32,000 nt of DNA, taken from Pyrodictium delaneyi. Lineage in GTDB: Archaea; Thermoproteota; Thermoprotei_A; Sulfolobales; Pyrodictiaceae. The stretch is taken from NCBI RefSeq assembly GCF_001412615.1, contig NZ_CP013011.1:1560001-1592000 (forward strand). Reading direction: 5' to 3'. The position numbers and the translations under genes were made by a program. The notes beneath the pieces were generated by a model, which saw only the letters and a list, made by a program, of their open reading frames with translations, had not been told where the DNA came from and did not search any database. Positions 1 through 7,829 of this stretch are shown here, piece by piece. Position 1 is the first letter of the stretch. Every line of letters begins with the position of its first letter.

Positions 1-1
1 G

Positions 2-898
2 CACCTAGGTGTCTGTGATTGTGGGCTCGAGGGCGCCATGCGGGTAGACGCCAACATAAGCATTGAGGGCGGCGAGCGTGTCGAGGTTAAGAATATCGGG
101 AGCTTCCATGAGGTGAAGCGTGCTCTAGCCTACGAGATAACAAGGCAGCACGACCTGCTGCTGAAGGGCAAGCCTGTCCGGCGGGAGACACGCCACTGGG
201 ACCCCGTACGCAAGGTGACGCTACCAGCGAGGGTGAAGGAGACGGAGGAAGACTACCGTTATATGCCTGATCCAAACCTGCCCCCGGTGCCCATACCCTC
301 TAGCCTGGTCGAAGAGCTCAGGGAGACACTGCCTGAGCTGCCCGATGCACGCGCCAAGAGGCTTGTGAAGGAGTACGGCCTCCGCTCCCAGGTAGCAAAG
401 GTTCTTGTGACGAGGAAGGTTCTCGCAGACTTCTTCGAGGACGCTGCCCGACTCTACCAAGGGAACTACGAGAGGATGGCTAACTACCTGGTTAACGACC
501 TGCTAAACTGGCTCAAGGATGACGACCTAGCAGGGCTCTACAAGAGGGTCAAGCCCGAGCACCTGGCAAAGCTCATGAAGCTGTTAGACAGCGGCGTGAT
601 AAGCATAAGGCAAGCAAAGGAGATGGCCGAGCACATCGCGAAGCGTGGCGCCGACCCGGAGAAGCTTGTAGACGAGCTCGGATTCCGTCGCATCGCTGAC
701 CCGGAGAAGCTCCGGCCAGTAGTGGAGGAGGTGTTCCGGGAGAATCCCAAGGCTGTTGAGGACGCGCTCCGGAACCCTAAGGCGGTGAACTTCCTAGTAG
801 GCATGGTTATGAGGAAGACGAGGGGGCGTGCTGACCCCGCGGTGGCCAGGAGGCTTGTAGTGGAGAAGCTTGATGAGATACGGAGAAGCGGGGCCTAG
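2..898 (+). CDS. gatB: Asp/Glu-tRNA amidotransferase subunit B (GatB/GatE family), C-terminal part. The 5' end lies outside the window.
   Basis: The frame is open from the window edge. Collinear motifs are RVDANISI..VEVKNIGSF, EEDYRYMPDPNLPP and the YqeY-like tail NFLVGMVMRKTRGRADP. GatE cannot be fully excluded without the N-terminus. Confidence 0.8.
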   Translation, partial: HLGVCDCGLEGAMRVDANISIEGGERVEVKNIGSFHEVKRALAYEITRQHDLLLKGKPVRRETRHWDPVRKVTLPARVKETEEDYRYMPDPNLPPVPIPSSLVEELRETLPELPDARAKRLVKEYGLRSQVAKVLVTRKVLADFFEDAARLYQGNYERMANYLVNDLLNWLKDDDLAGLYKRVKPEHLAKLMKLLDSGVISIRQAKEMAEHIAKRGADPEKLVDELGFRRIADPEKLRPVVEEVFRENPKAVEDALRNPKAVNFLVGMVMRKTRGRADPAVARRLVVEKLDEIRRSGA

Positions 899-1347
899 AG
901 GCCTAGCCTCACGGTTTCCACGTCTATGCTCTTCGCGTAGCGCTCTGCATCGTAGCTGAACTGGTAGGCTGCTGCTACTGGCACTATCTCGGTGTTCTCT
1001 AGCTTCTCCGCTAGCTCGCCCACCTCGTCTGCCAACACGTCTACATCGCCTACGTCTATGTAGGGCTTCGCGTAGAGGTAGAACGCAATACCTTCGAACA
1101 TTACTAGTGCACGGGCATAGGGTATCTCGTCTACACCATAGTCCTCGACTATTCGGAGCAGCCTCGCCCCTTCGAGCCTGCCGCCGAGCACGAAGGCTTC
1201 TACGACTGTCCTCACATCGGCCATGAAGCGTATGAGGCTTGGGCCTCGAACCCTCGCCGCCGGCTCAGTGCCAGCTATCTCGAAGAGGCTGTGAGAGAGA
1301 CTCTCCAGTCCTATGGGCTCTTCTACTACTAGGCTCACGCGTCCCAC
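895..1347 (-). CDS. Hypothetical protein (150 aa, acidic)
   Basis: This is a long ORF with a GTG start and non-repetitive composition. Its stop overlaps the gatB stop by 4 nt in convergent orientation. I recognise no family motif. Confidence 0.55.
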   Translation of the reverse strand: MGRVSLVVEEPIGLESLSHSLFEIAGTEPAARVRGPSLIRFMADVRTVVEAFVLGGRLEGARLLRIVEDYGVDEIPYARALVMFEGIAFYLYAKPYIDVGDVDVLADEVGELAEKLENTEIVPVAAAYQFSYDAERYAKSIDVETVRLGL

Positions 1348-1549
1348 CCGAACACAGTATTTGTGTCCTTGGCAGGGGTTTAGCCCGAGGGGGTAGTGTA
1401 GAACCGGGTATCAACCCAGCATAACGGGGGCCTGGGTCGCTGCGAGATTCCATGCTGTAACGCGTGCTACTCGGGTTTTACTGGGGTATCACCGGACTAT
1501 CGCCGTCTCCCAGAAGGGTACATGTGGAATAGAAAACGGGGCTCCGGGG

Positions 1550-2686
1550 CTAAGCTGGTGGGCTTGAGCTAGGCTGTACCAGCGGGAAGTCCACGATCTT
1601 CGCCTTGTAGCGTTTGCCGCGCCTCTCTATCTCCACGTTGAGGCCCATCAAGGCGTGGCTAGGCTTGATGTAGGCCTGTGCTAGACTCCGCTTCAGCATG
1701 GGGCTATAGGCTCCACTGGTCACATAGCCTATCTCAATATCGTCTATGTATATCTTGTCTCCCTGCCGTGGCACTATGCGGGCCTTCTTGCCGAGCTTGA
1801 GGCCAACACGTACCTTTGCTGCGCCGCGGCGTAGTGCCTCGCGGAGCGCCTGGCAGCCTACACAGTCCTGCTTGGGGCCGGGCTGGAATACCCACCAGTA
1901 CCTGGCATCTACCGGTGTAGTCTCCTCGTCTATCTCGTGTCCGTAGAGTACGAAGCCTACCTCCATGCGGAGGCTGTCGCGCGCGCCCAGCCCGCAAAGC
2001 CTGCCGTCTAGCTCCTTTAGCAACTCGGCTGCCTTGAGCAGTATCTTCTCGCCCTCACTAGCCTCTGCTATTATCTCGAAACCGTCCTCGCCGGTCCACC
2101 CACTACGCGAGACTATGAGCGCCTGTGCCCCTGCCGCCTCTAGCTCCACGTTGCGGCGGAAGCGGAGTACCTTGAGGTCGAGCACCTCGCTGGGCGCTCC
2201 CAGTTTCTTCATGAGCTCTGCCGCGCGGGGCCCCTGGATGGCGAAGAGCACCCAGTCTAGGGTGTGGTCCTCGACCCGTGCCTGGGCTCCGAGCTTTCCT
2301 ATCCACTCGTCTAGCCAGCCACGTATCTTCTCACGGTTAACCGCGTTAGGGACGACGAGCCACCCATCGGCGCCGAGGTTATAGGTCATCACGTCGTCCT
2401 TGAAGCCTGCGCGCTCGTTGAGGAACGCCGTCGGACCAACCATCATGCCTTCCTCCGACGTTATGTCGCGGGGCAGTAGGTGGTCTAGGACACGCGTAGC
2501 GTCGCTGCCGCTTAGCAGGAGGCGACCCATGTGGCTCAGGTCGAAGAACCCGACAGTCCTGCGGACGGCCATGTGCTCCTCTATGACGCTCGTATAGTTT
2601 ATCGGCGCCTCCCATCCCGCGAACTCGCCAAACTGTGCGCCAAGACTCTTGTGGACATCGTATAGGGGTATGCGCAGCTTAGCCAA
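1550..2686 (-). CDS. gcvT: Glycine cleavage system T protein (aminomethyltransferase)
   Basis: The 378-aa product has GcvT-type motifs FFDLSHMGRL and SRSGWTGEDGFEI, and a C-terminal barrel region (GYVTSGAYSP). Confidence 0.9.
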   Translation of the reverse strand: MAKLRIPLYDVHKSLGAQFGEFAGWEAPINYTSVIEEHMAVRRTVGFFDLSHMGRLLLSGSDATRVLDHLLPRDITSEEGMMVGPTAFLNERAGFKDDVMTYNLGADGWLVVPNAVNREKIRGWLDEWIGKLGAQARVEDHTLDWVLFAIQGPRAAELMKKLGAPSEVLDLKVLRFRRNVELEAAGAQALIVSRSGWTGEDGFEIIAEASEGEKILLKAAELLKELDGRLCGLGARDSLRMEVGFVLYGHEIDEETTPVDARYWWVFQPGPKQDCVGCQALREALRRGAAKVRVGLKLGKKARIVPRQGDKIYIDDIEIGYVTSGAYSPMLKRSLAQAYIKPSHALMGLNVEIERRGKRYKAKIVDFPLVQPSSSPPA

Positions 2687-2780
2687 GGCCTACACTACAC
2701 CAAGTAACCTGGAGTACGAGACGCTACATGATAAACCCATGCCTGGAGAGGGCTCGGGGAGGGGGCCACCTCCCCATACC

Positions 2781-2803
2781 CCAGCGCCACCCGGTGGCGC
2801 TGG
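2781..2803. other. 10-bp perfect hairpin CCAGCGCCAC-ccg-GTGGCGCTGG
   Basis: Read directly in the 211-bp GC-rich spacer between the 2898 ORF and gcvT. It is flanked by the GGGGGATCCCCC palindrome (2816-2827) and GGGGAGG/CCTCCCC (2756-2775). Confidence 0.6.
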
Positions 2804-2897
2804 GCGTCCGGGCTAGGGGGATCCCCCAGGCCCCCTCACAGCCCAGGAGCAGTCAGAGAGCAGACCCCGTGATAAAGCGTGACCACCAGCTGAGGGC

Positions 2898-3353
2898 TTA
2901 GGCCTCGGCAGCGACAGTCTTGCCTAGATAAAGGAGCCGCCCCCGGCGACTATCAATGTAGTAGCGTAGTATAGGCTTGCCTGACACCTTGAGGGGCTCG
3001 GGCCGGGCAGAATCAGCTTCCACCTCTATCAACTCCTCGACAGCATAGGGCATCTCGGACTCGTCCAGCCCAATACACTCAAGCCCAGCAAGAACTGGGC
3101 AGAGCCGCCGGCTCCACCAGCCGCGAGGAGCCGCTACAAGCTCGTAGCCACGTGTGTACGCTATGGCTCTTGCTAGTTCGCCTACTAGACCCACTGCCCG
3201 GCTCGGGGACGCAATATACTCGGGCCTAGGCAGTAGGAGCCCGAGTCCACCACGCTGGAGTATCAAGGTCAACGCCCTCACATACCGTATGACCCCACAC
3301 TTAGCCCAGTATAAACCTTTAGGCCCACAGCACTCCCACCGACACTGGAGCAC
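2898..3353 (-). CDS. Hypothetical protein; start uncertain
   Basis: The ORF is 151 aa. The Cys/Trp-rich first ~25 residues look non-native, and an in-frame GTG (VRALTLILQ...) is a plausible true start. No family recognised. Confidence 0.45.
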   Translation of the reverse strand: MLQCRWECCGPKGLYWAKCGVIRYVRALTLILQRGGLGLLLPRPEYIASPSRAVGLVGELARAIAYTRGYELVAAPRGWWSRRLCPVLAGLECIGLDESEMPYAVEELIEVEADSARPEPLKVSGKPILRYYIDSRRGRLLYLGKTVAAEA

Positions 3354-3409
3354 AGATCCGACAACTACAAAAGAACCCCCAGAAGCACTGCACTAGCTAA
3401 TGGAGGGGC

Positions 3410-3485
3410 AGCCGGGTCGTCTAGCGGCCAAGGATGCGGGGCTTTGGCCCCCGTGACCGGGGTTCGAATCCCCGCCCGGCTACCA
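3410..3485 (+). tRNA. tRNA-Gln (anticodon UUG), with 3' CCA encoded
   Basis: Hand-folded cloverleaf. Acceptor AGCCGGG/CCCGGCU with A1-U72. D stem GUCU/GGAU. Anticodon stem CGGGG/CCCCG with loop CUUUGGC, giving UUG. T arm CGGGG-UUCGAAU-CCCCG. Discriminator A followed by CCA. Confidence 0.9.
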
Positions 3486-3500
3486 TCCCCTCCAACCCGG

Positions 3501-4244
3501 CTAGTTCTGCCCCTCCTCTAGTTCCTCTATGAGGGATGTCACTCCGTCTAGCGTGTACTCGCTGGGGTAGAGGACCTCTGGGTAGCCTAGCTCTTTTAGC
3601 TTCTTGGCTGTAGTCGGACCTATGGCTATGGGTTTGAAGCCTGGGTTGCTGGGGCTCGGGTAGTGCTTGGTGAAGGCTTCGGCTATGCTTGGGCTTGTGA
3701 ATACCACGTAGTCGAATATGTCCGCCACCCTGGCAGCCGCCGAAGCCATTCTGTCCAGAACTACTACCCGATACAGCGGGATCTCGACCGCCTCTATTCC
3801 ACTGCTCTCTAGGCCTTGGACTAGATCCGGTACGGCCTTCTCCGAACGGGGTAGTAAGACACGGCGAGGGTGTAGCGATGCTAGCTCCTCTGCTAGGGCT
3901 GCGCCGCGGTACTCCCGTGGCACATAGTCCACGCGGACTCCGTGCCGCTCGAGCACTTGGCGGGTTTTTGGCCCGACTGCTGCTACCCGGACCCTTCCCT
4001 GGACCTGTAGCTGGCGTATCTTTTCGAGGAGCTTGGCTAGGAGCTGTGGGGCGCGAGGACTGGTGAATACTATCCAGTCGCTCTTCTCGAGCTCCTTCTC
4101 GACTTGCTCGAGTGCCCCGGGTACCGGCTCTACGTCGACTACGGGGATGTGAGCTACTACTGCTACCTCGGCGAGCCGGCCGGGCTCTGAGCCAGGTGGG
4201 CGTAGGAGGAGGACGTGGGGCCGCTTCTCTAGCTTAGACGCCAA
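3501..4244 (-). CDS. hemD: Uroporphyrinogen-III synthase
   Basis: The 247-aa product has duplicated HemD-like lobes (WIVFTSPRA and YVVFTSPSIAEAF). It overlaps upstream cobA by 16 nt and is the last gene of the hemL-hemC-cobA-hemD string. Confidence 0.8.
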   Translation of the reverse strand: MASKLEKRPHVLLLRPPGSEPGRLAEVAVVAHIPVVDVEPVPGALEQVEKELEKSDWIVFTSPRAPQLLAKLLEKIRQLQVQGRVRVAAVGPKTRQVLERHGVRVDYVPREYRGAALAEELASLHPRRVLLPRSEKAVPDLVQGLESSGIEAVEIPLYRVVVLDRMASAAARVADIFDYVVFTSPSIAEAFTKHYPSPSNPGFKPIAIGPTTAKKLKELGYPEVLYPSEYTLDGVTSLIEELEEGQN

Positions 4245-4999
4245 AGCCTATCCCTCAGCTCTACTGTGCGGCCAAAGATTATGAGTGCTGGAGGCTGGAC
4301 GCCTGCCTCACGGGCTTTCTCAACTATGTCTCTGAGCTTGCCTGTGACTACCCGCTGTTCTGGCGTCGTAGCCTTCTCGACTATCGCTACGGGAAGGTCT
4401 GGGTCTATGCCCTCCTCCACCATCTCCTTTACAATGTTCTCGAGGTTGCCCACACCCATTACCACTACTAGCGTGTCTACAGACTTCATTATCCTCCCAT
4501 AGTGAACCATTTTTCTGTCCTTGTTGGGCGCTTCTCTACCAGTGGCTACAGCGAAGCTCGAGGCTATACCGCGGCTGGTGACCGGTATACCCGCATAAGC
4601 CGCGCCCGCTATAGCGCTGGTTAGGCCGGGGACGACTTCGCACTCCACACCGTGGTCGCGGAGATAGATGCATTCTTCCTCGCCGCGGCCGAAGACGTAG
4701 GGATCGCCGCCGTGTAGACGTACAACGGTCTTGCCCTCACAAGCCTTCTCTAGGAGCAGCTTGTTTATCTCTTCCTGAGTCATGGTGTGGGCGCCGGGCT
4801 TCTTGCCAGCATATATTAGCTCTGCCCCTGGTTTGGCGTGCTTCAGCAATTCTTTCGCTACTAGCCGATCGTACACGATGACATCGGCTTGCTGTATGAG
4901 TCGGAGTCCCTTCACCGTTATTAGCTCGGGGTCGCCGGGCCCGGCACCGACTATGTATACGCGACCCCTTCTACACTCCTCCACCAAAACCAAGGGCAC
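4229..4999 (-). CDS. cobA: Uroporphyrinogen-III C-methyltransferase (SUMT)
   Basis: Tetrapyrrole methylase motifs VYIVGAGPGDPELITVKGLRLIQQADVIVYD and HGGDPYVFGRGEEE. Confidence 0.9.
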   Translation of the reverse strand: MPLVLVEECRRGRVYIVGAGPGDPELITVKGLRLIQQADVIVYDRLVAKELLKHAKPGAELIYAGKKPGAHTMTQEEINKLLLEKACEGKTVVRLHGGDPYVFGRGEEECIYLRDHGVECEVVPGLTSAIAGAAYAGIPVTSRGIASSFAVATGREAPNKDRKMVHYGRIMKSVDTLVVVMGVGNLENIVKEMVEEGIDPDLPVAIVEKATTPEQRVVTGKLRDIVEKAREAGVQPPALIIFGRTVELRDRLWRLS

Positions 5000-5036
5000 C
5001 CCTCTACCCTAAGGCTTAGGACAGCCGTGAGAGTGG

Positions 5037-5945
5037 CTAGAGAGTGATGCCGGCCGACTTCGCCTTGGCTCTCAGCTCTAGGGCCACGTCGACCCCCAGC
5101 TGCGCCGGTCTCTCTGGGTCACCCTCCATGACTACGTCTACTCTCTTGCTGCCGTCGGGCGACGCTACTGCCGCGCGCATATAGAGTGTGCCCTTCTCTA
5201 TCCACGCGTAGGCTCCTAGTGGTGTATGACAGCCGCCGCCCGCATAGGCTAGGAATGCTCTCTCAGCCCTAGCCATGATCATCGCGTCTTTGTCTGTGGC
5301 CTCTTCGAGCAGCGGTAGTATATCGCTCCGGTTGTACAGGGTGTAGATGCCTAGTATTCCCTGGCCTGGTGCCGGGGGCAGTACCTCTGGGGGTATGCGC
5401 CAGTATTCTATGTCTAGTCCTAGCCTCTGCAGCCCCGCCTCGGCGAGTATTATAGCATCATACATGCCTTGCTGTAGCTTACGTAGCCTTGTATCCACGT
5501 TGCCGCGTAGCGGCTTGAATACTAGGTCGCTCCGTACTCGCTTCAGCATAGCTACGCGCCGGGCGCTCGACGAGCCTACTACTGCTCCGCTAGGCAGATC
5601 CCATATCGTCTTGGCACCAGTACGCGTCACGAGTACATCGAAAGGTGAGGCACGGGGCGGCGTCATGGCCAGCACGAGGCCTGGGCTTACCTCGCTCGGT
5701 ACGTCCTTGAGGCTATGCACCGCTATGTCTGCCCGGCCCTCTAATACTGCTAGGTTTACTTCCTTCTCGAAGAGGCCCTTACCACCTATCATGATGAACG
5801 GCTTGTCCTGGTGTATATCGCCCCGGGTCTTGACTATTACTAGCTCGAACTCTACCTCAGGGTGCCTCTTCTTTATCTCGTTGAGGGCTAGCTGTGTCTG
5901 TGCTAAGCTTAGCTTACTGCCCCTAGTTGCTACTCGTATCTTCAT
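5037..5945 (-). CDS. hemC: Porphobilinogen deaminase (hydroxymethylbilane synthase)
   Basis: Motifs IRVATRGSKLSLAQT and RGNVDTRLRKL, plus the cofactor-cysteine context GGGCHTPLGA. Confidence 0.92.
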   Translation of the reverse strand: MKIRVATRGSKLSLAQTQLALNEIKKRHPEVEFELVIVKTRGDIHQDKPFIMIGGKGLFEKEVNLAVLEGRADIAVHSLKDVPSEVSPGLVLAMTPPRASPFDVLVTRTGAKTIWDLPSGAVVGSSSARRVAMLKRVRSDLVFKPLRGNVDTRLRKLQQGMYDAIILAEAGLQRLGLDIEYWRIPPEVLPPAPGQGILGIYTLYNRSDILPLLEEATDKDAMIMARAERAFLAYAGGGCHTPLGAYAWIEKGTLYMRAAVASPDGSKRVDVVMEGDPERPAQLGVDVALELRAKAKSAGITL

Positions 5946-7228
5946 TGCTCCCGGAGCCTCTTGAAGGCCTCCTCGAGCGCCCTTATGGTCTCCTCGACTA
6001 CCTCGACAGTGTGTGCTGCGCTCGTGAAGACTGCCTCCATCTGGCTTGGGGCTATGAAGACGCCGCGCTTTAGCAGCTCCATGTGGAGCTTGTTGTAGAG
6101 CTCGCGGTTGCTCTTCATAGCGTCGTCCGGTGATGCCACCTCACCGTCGACGAAGAATACCTGGAACATGTTCTCCACATAGTTCACTGTAGCCTTTATG
6201 TCGTAGCGGCTAATTAGGTCTTCAACAACCTTGACTAGCTTGGATGCCGCTTCACGTGCTACACGGTAGGGCTCTCCAGTCTCGAGCACCTCTATAGTAG
6301 CTAGACCAGCAGCCATTGTAACCGGGTGGGCGTTGAACGTGCCAGCGTTGAACACCTTGCCGCTAGGTGTGAGCTTTTCCATTATCTCGCGTGGCCCGGC
6401 CACTACGCCGATGGGGAAGCCTCCACCGACGATCTTGCCTAGGGTTGTTAGGTCGCCGCGAACCCCGTAGTACTCTTGCGCACCACCTAAGCCTAGGCGG
6501 AACCCCGTGATAACCTCATCCATTATGAGGAGAGCTCCATATCTGTCTGCCAGCTCACGGAGCCCCTTGAGGAAGCCGGGCTTAGGCGGTATGACGCCCG
6601 CGTTACCCGCTACGGGCTCCACTATTATTGCTGCTACTTGGTCTCCATGCCTCTTCATGATCCTCTCTACGCTCTCGAGATCGTTGTAACGAGCTACTAG
6701 CGTTAGCTTTGCAATCTCCTCGGGCACGCCGAGGCTTGAGGGGACACCATACTCCGCTGCTGCACTACCAGCACCAACTAGGACTGTATCGTGAGCACCA
6801 TGATAACAACCATTGAACTTGATTATGTATTTGCGGCCCGTATAACCCCGTGCAAGCCTTATAGCTGCCATAGTGGCCTCTGTACCTGTGTTAACAAAGC
6901 GCACCATGCCGCCAGGGTGATAGTACTTGAGTATCTTCTTGGCCAGTTCTATCTCCAGCTCGCCGGGAGTTCCGTAGAGCCACCCATTCTCAAGCTGTTT
7001 CTTCACAGCCTCCATTACCTGGGGATGCTTATGCCCCAGGAACATTGGGCCATATGCAAGTACATAGTCTATGAGGCGCTCACCATCAACCGTGTAGAGG
7101 TACGGGCCCTCGGCCTTAGCGACGTAGAACGGGTATGGCTTTACTGCTGCACGTATAGGACTGTTGACGCCTCCAGGGAACAAGTTTAATGCTTCTTCGT
7201 AGAGCTTCTTGCTCTGTTCACCCGGCAA
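5942..7228 (-). CDS. hemL: Glutamate-1-semialdehyde 2,1-aminomutase
   Basis: Class III aminotransferase pattern: PGGVNSPIRA, GTEATMAAIRLARGYTG, MDEVITGFR and the PLP-Lys context TLGKIVGGGFP. The start is TTG (caa at 7226-7228). It overlaps hemC by 4 nt. Confidence 0.92.
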   Translation of the reverse strand: MPGEQSKKLYEEALNLFPGGVNSPIRAAVKPYPFYVAKAEGPYLYTVDGERLIDYVLAYGPMFLGHKHPQVMEAVKKQLENGWLYGTPGELEIELAKKILKYYHPGGMVRFVNTGTEATMAAIRLARGYTGRKYIIKFNGCYHGAHDTVLVGAGSAAAEYGVPSSLGVPEEIAKLTLVARYNDLESVERIMKRHGDQVAAIIVEPVAGNAGVIPPKPGFLKGLRELADRYGALLIMDEVITGFRLGLGGAQEYYGVRGDLTTLGKIVGGGFPIGVVAGPREIMEKLTPSGKVFNAGTFNAHPVTMAAGLATIEVLETGEPYRVAREAASKLVKVVEDLISRYDIKATVNYVENMFQVFFVDGEVASPDDAMKSNRELYNKLHMELLKRGVFIAPSQMEAVFTSAAHTVEVVEETIRALEEAFKRLREQ

Positions 7229-7349
7229 GAATAGTGCACCCTCGTGTTTAACGCAGTTGACACTTATCGAGCATTAAATTAGCTTAGTCCGGAAACGGTA
7301 GTTAGAACCTCCTCGAGACGTTTACTCCATAGGATCTGTTTTATCGCAT

Positions 7350-7423
7350 CCCCGGAGGCTGCATCACCGCCCCCTAGGCTCTTCAACCCGGCCTCCGGGG
7401 GCCTACTATAGCCGCCTAGGGGG
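7350..7423. repeat. Two interleaved perfect 10-bp inverted repeats
   Basis: CCCCGGAGGC (7350-7359) pairs with GCCTCCGGGG (7391-7400). CCCCCTAGGC (7370-7379) pairs with GCCTAGGGGG (7414-7423). The order a1-b1-a2-b2 gives a pseudoknot topology. Confidence 0.7.
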
Positions 7424-7628
7424 CTCTAGCCCCGTGACCCACAGCTCATCTATCTCTAAGGAGCCCGGCCATATTGTGTAATCACGGCCACACCGTATTA
7501 AACATAGAACTCTGGAGCATACAACCAGTGCCTAGCCTTGTAGAAAGATGCTCAAGGAGCTAGGGACAAGGCTGCAGTAAAAATAGATCCTAGCCACCAG
7601 TGTATTAGTGTCCGGGAGTTTTAGGCCA

Positions 7629-7790
7629 CTACTTCTCCTTCTTCTTCTTGGCGCCGCCTCCACCGCCCTTACCCTTAGGCTCTATGAACTCCTTGAAGTA
7701 CCAGCCATGGACGCGCTTTATGTGTTCTAGTAGTGCCTTTCTACGGTACATACCTCTACCACATACCGGGCACGGCCTAGCGCCGACCAC
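7629..7790 (-). CDS. Small C2H2 zinc-finger protein (53 aa), not in the supplied ORF track
   Basis: Hand translation from the GTG at 7790 gives VVGARPCPVCGRGMYRRKALLEHIKRVHGWYFKEFIEPKGKGGGGGAKKKKEK*. It fits C-x2-C-x3-h-x5-L-x2-H-x4-H exactly and ends in a Gly/Lys tail. The internal ATG (M14) would delete both cysteines. Confidence 0.6.
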   Translation of the reverse strand: MVGARPCPVCGRGMYRRKALLEHIKRVHGWYFKEFIEPKGKGGGGGAKKKKEK

Positions 7791-7829
7791 AGCAGGTCCC
7801 CGTACTAGTCCAGGCTGAGAAGGTGGGGG

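Noticed and set aside
1381-1480. A tRNA-like 5' half (GGGGGTAGTGTAGAACCGGG) with CCCGAG/CTCGGG acceptor-like pairing.
   Set aside because: I found no T arm (no GTTCRAAT-type loop), D-stem pairing is poor, and the candidate anticodon stem encloses 14 nt with no bulge-helix-bulge. I could not build a cloverleaf on either strand.
3451-3460. CCCCGTGACC from tRNA-Gln recurs at 7430-7439, raising the idea of an att site or integrated element.
   Set aside because: The shared stretch is only 10 nt. The interval contains the core hem operon and no integrase, so chance is the simpler explanation.
5347-5964. A 205-aa + strand ORF. Similar long antisense ORFs occur at 1965-2384, 6791-7189, 10803-11198, 11372-11749, 19570-19899, 23655-24164 and 26262-26594.
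   Set aside because: All lie fully inside, and antisense to, genes with strong family motifs. Their products are Ser/Pro/Arg/Ala-rich and low in complexity, which is typical of shadow ORFs in GC-rich coding DNA.
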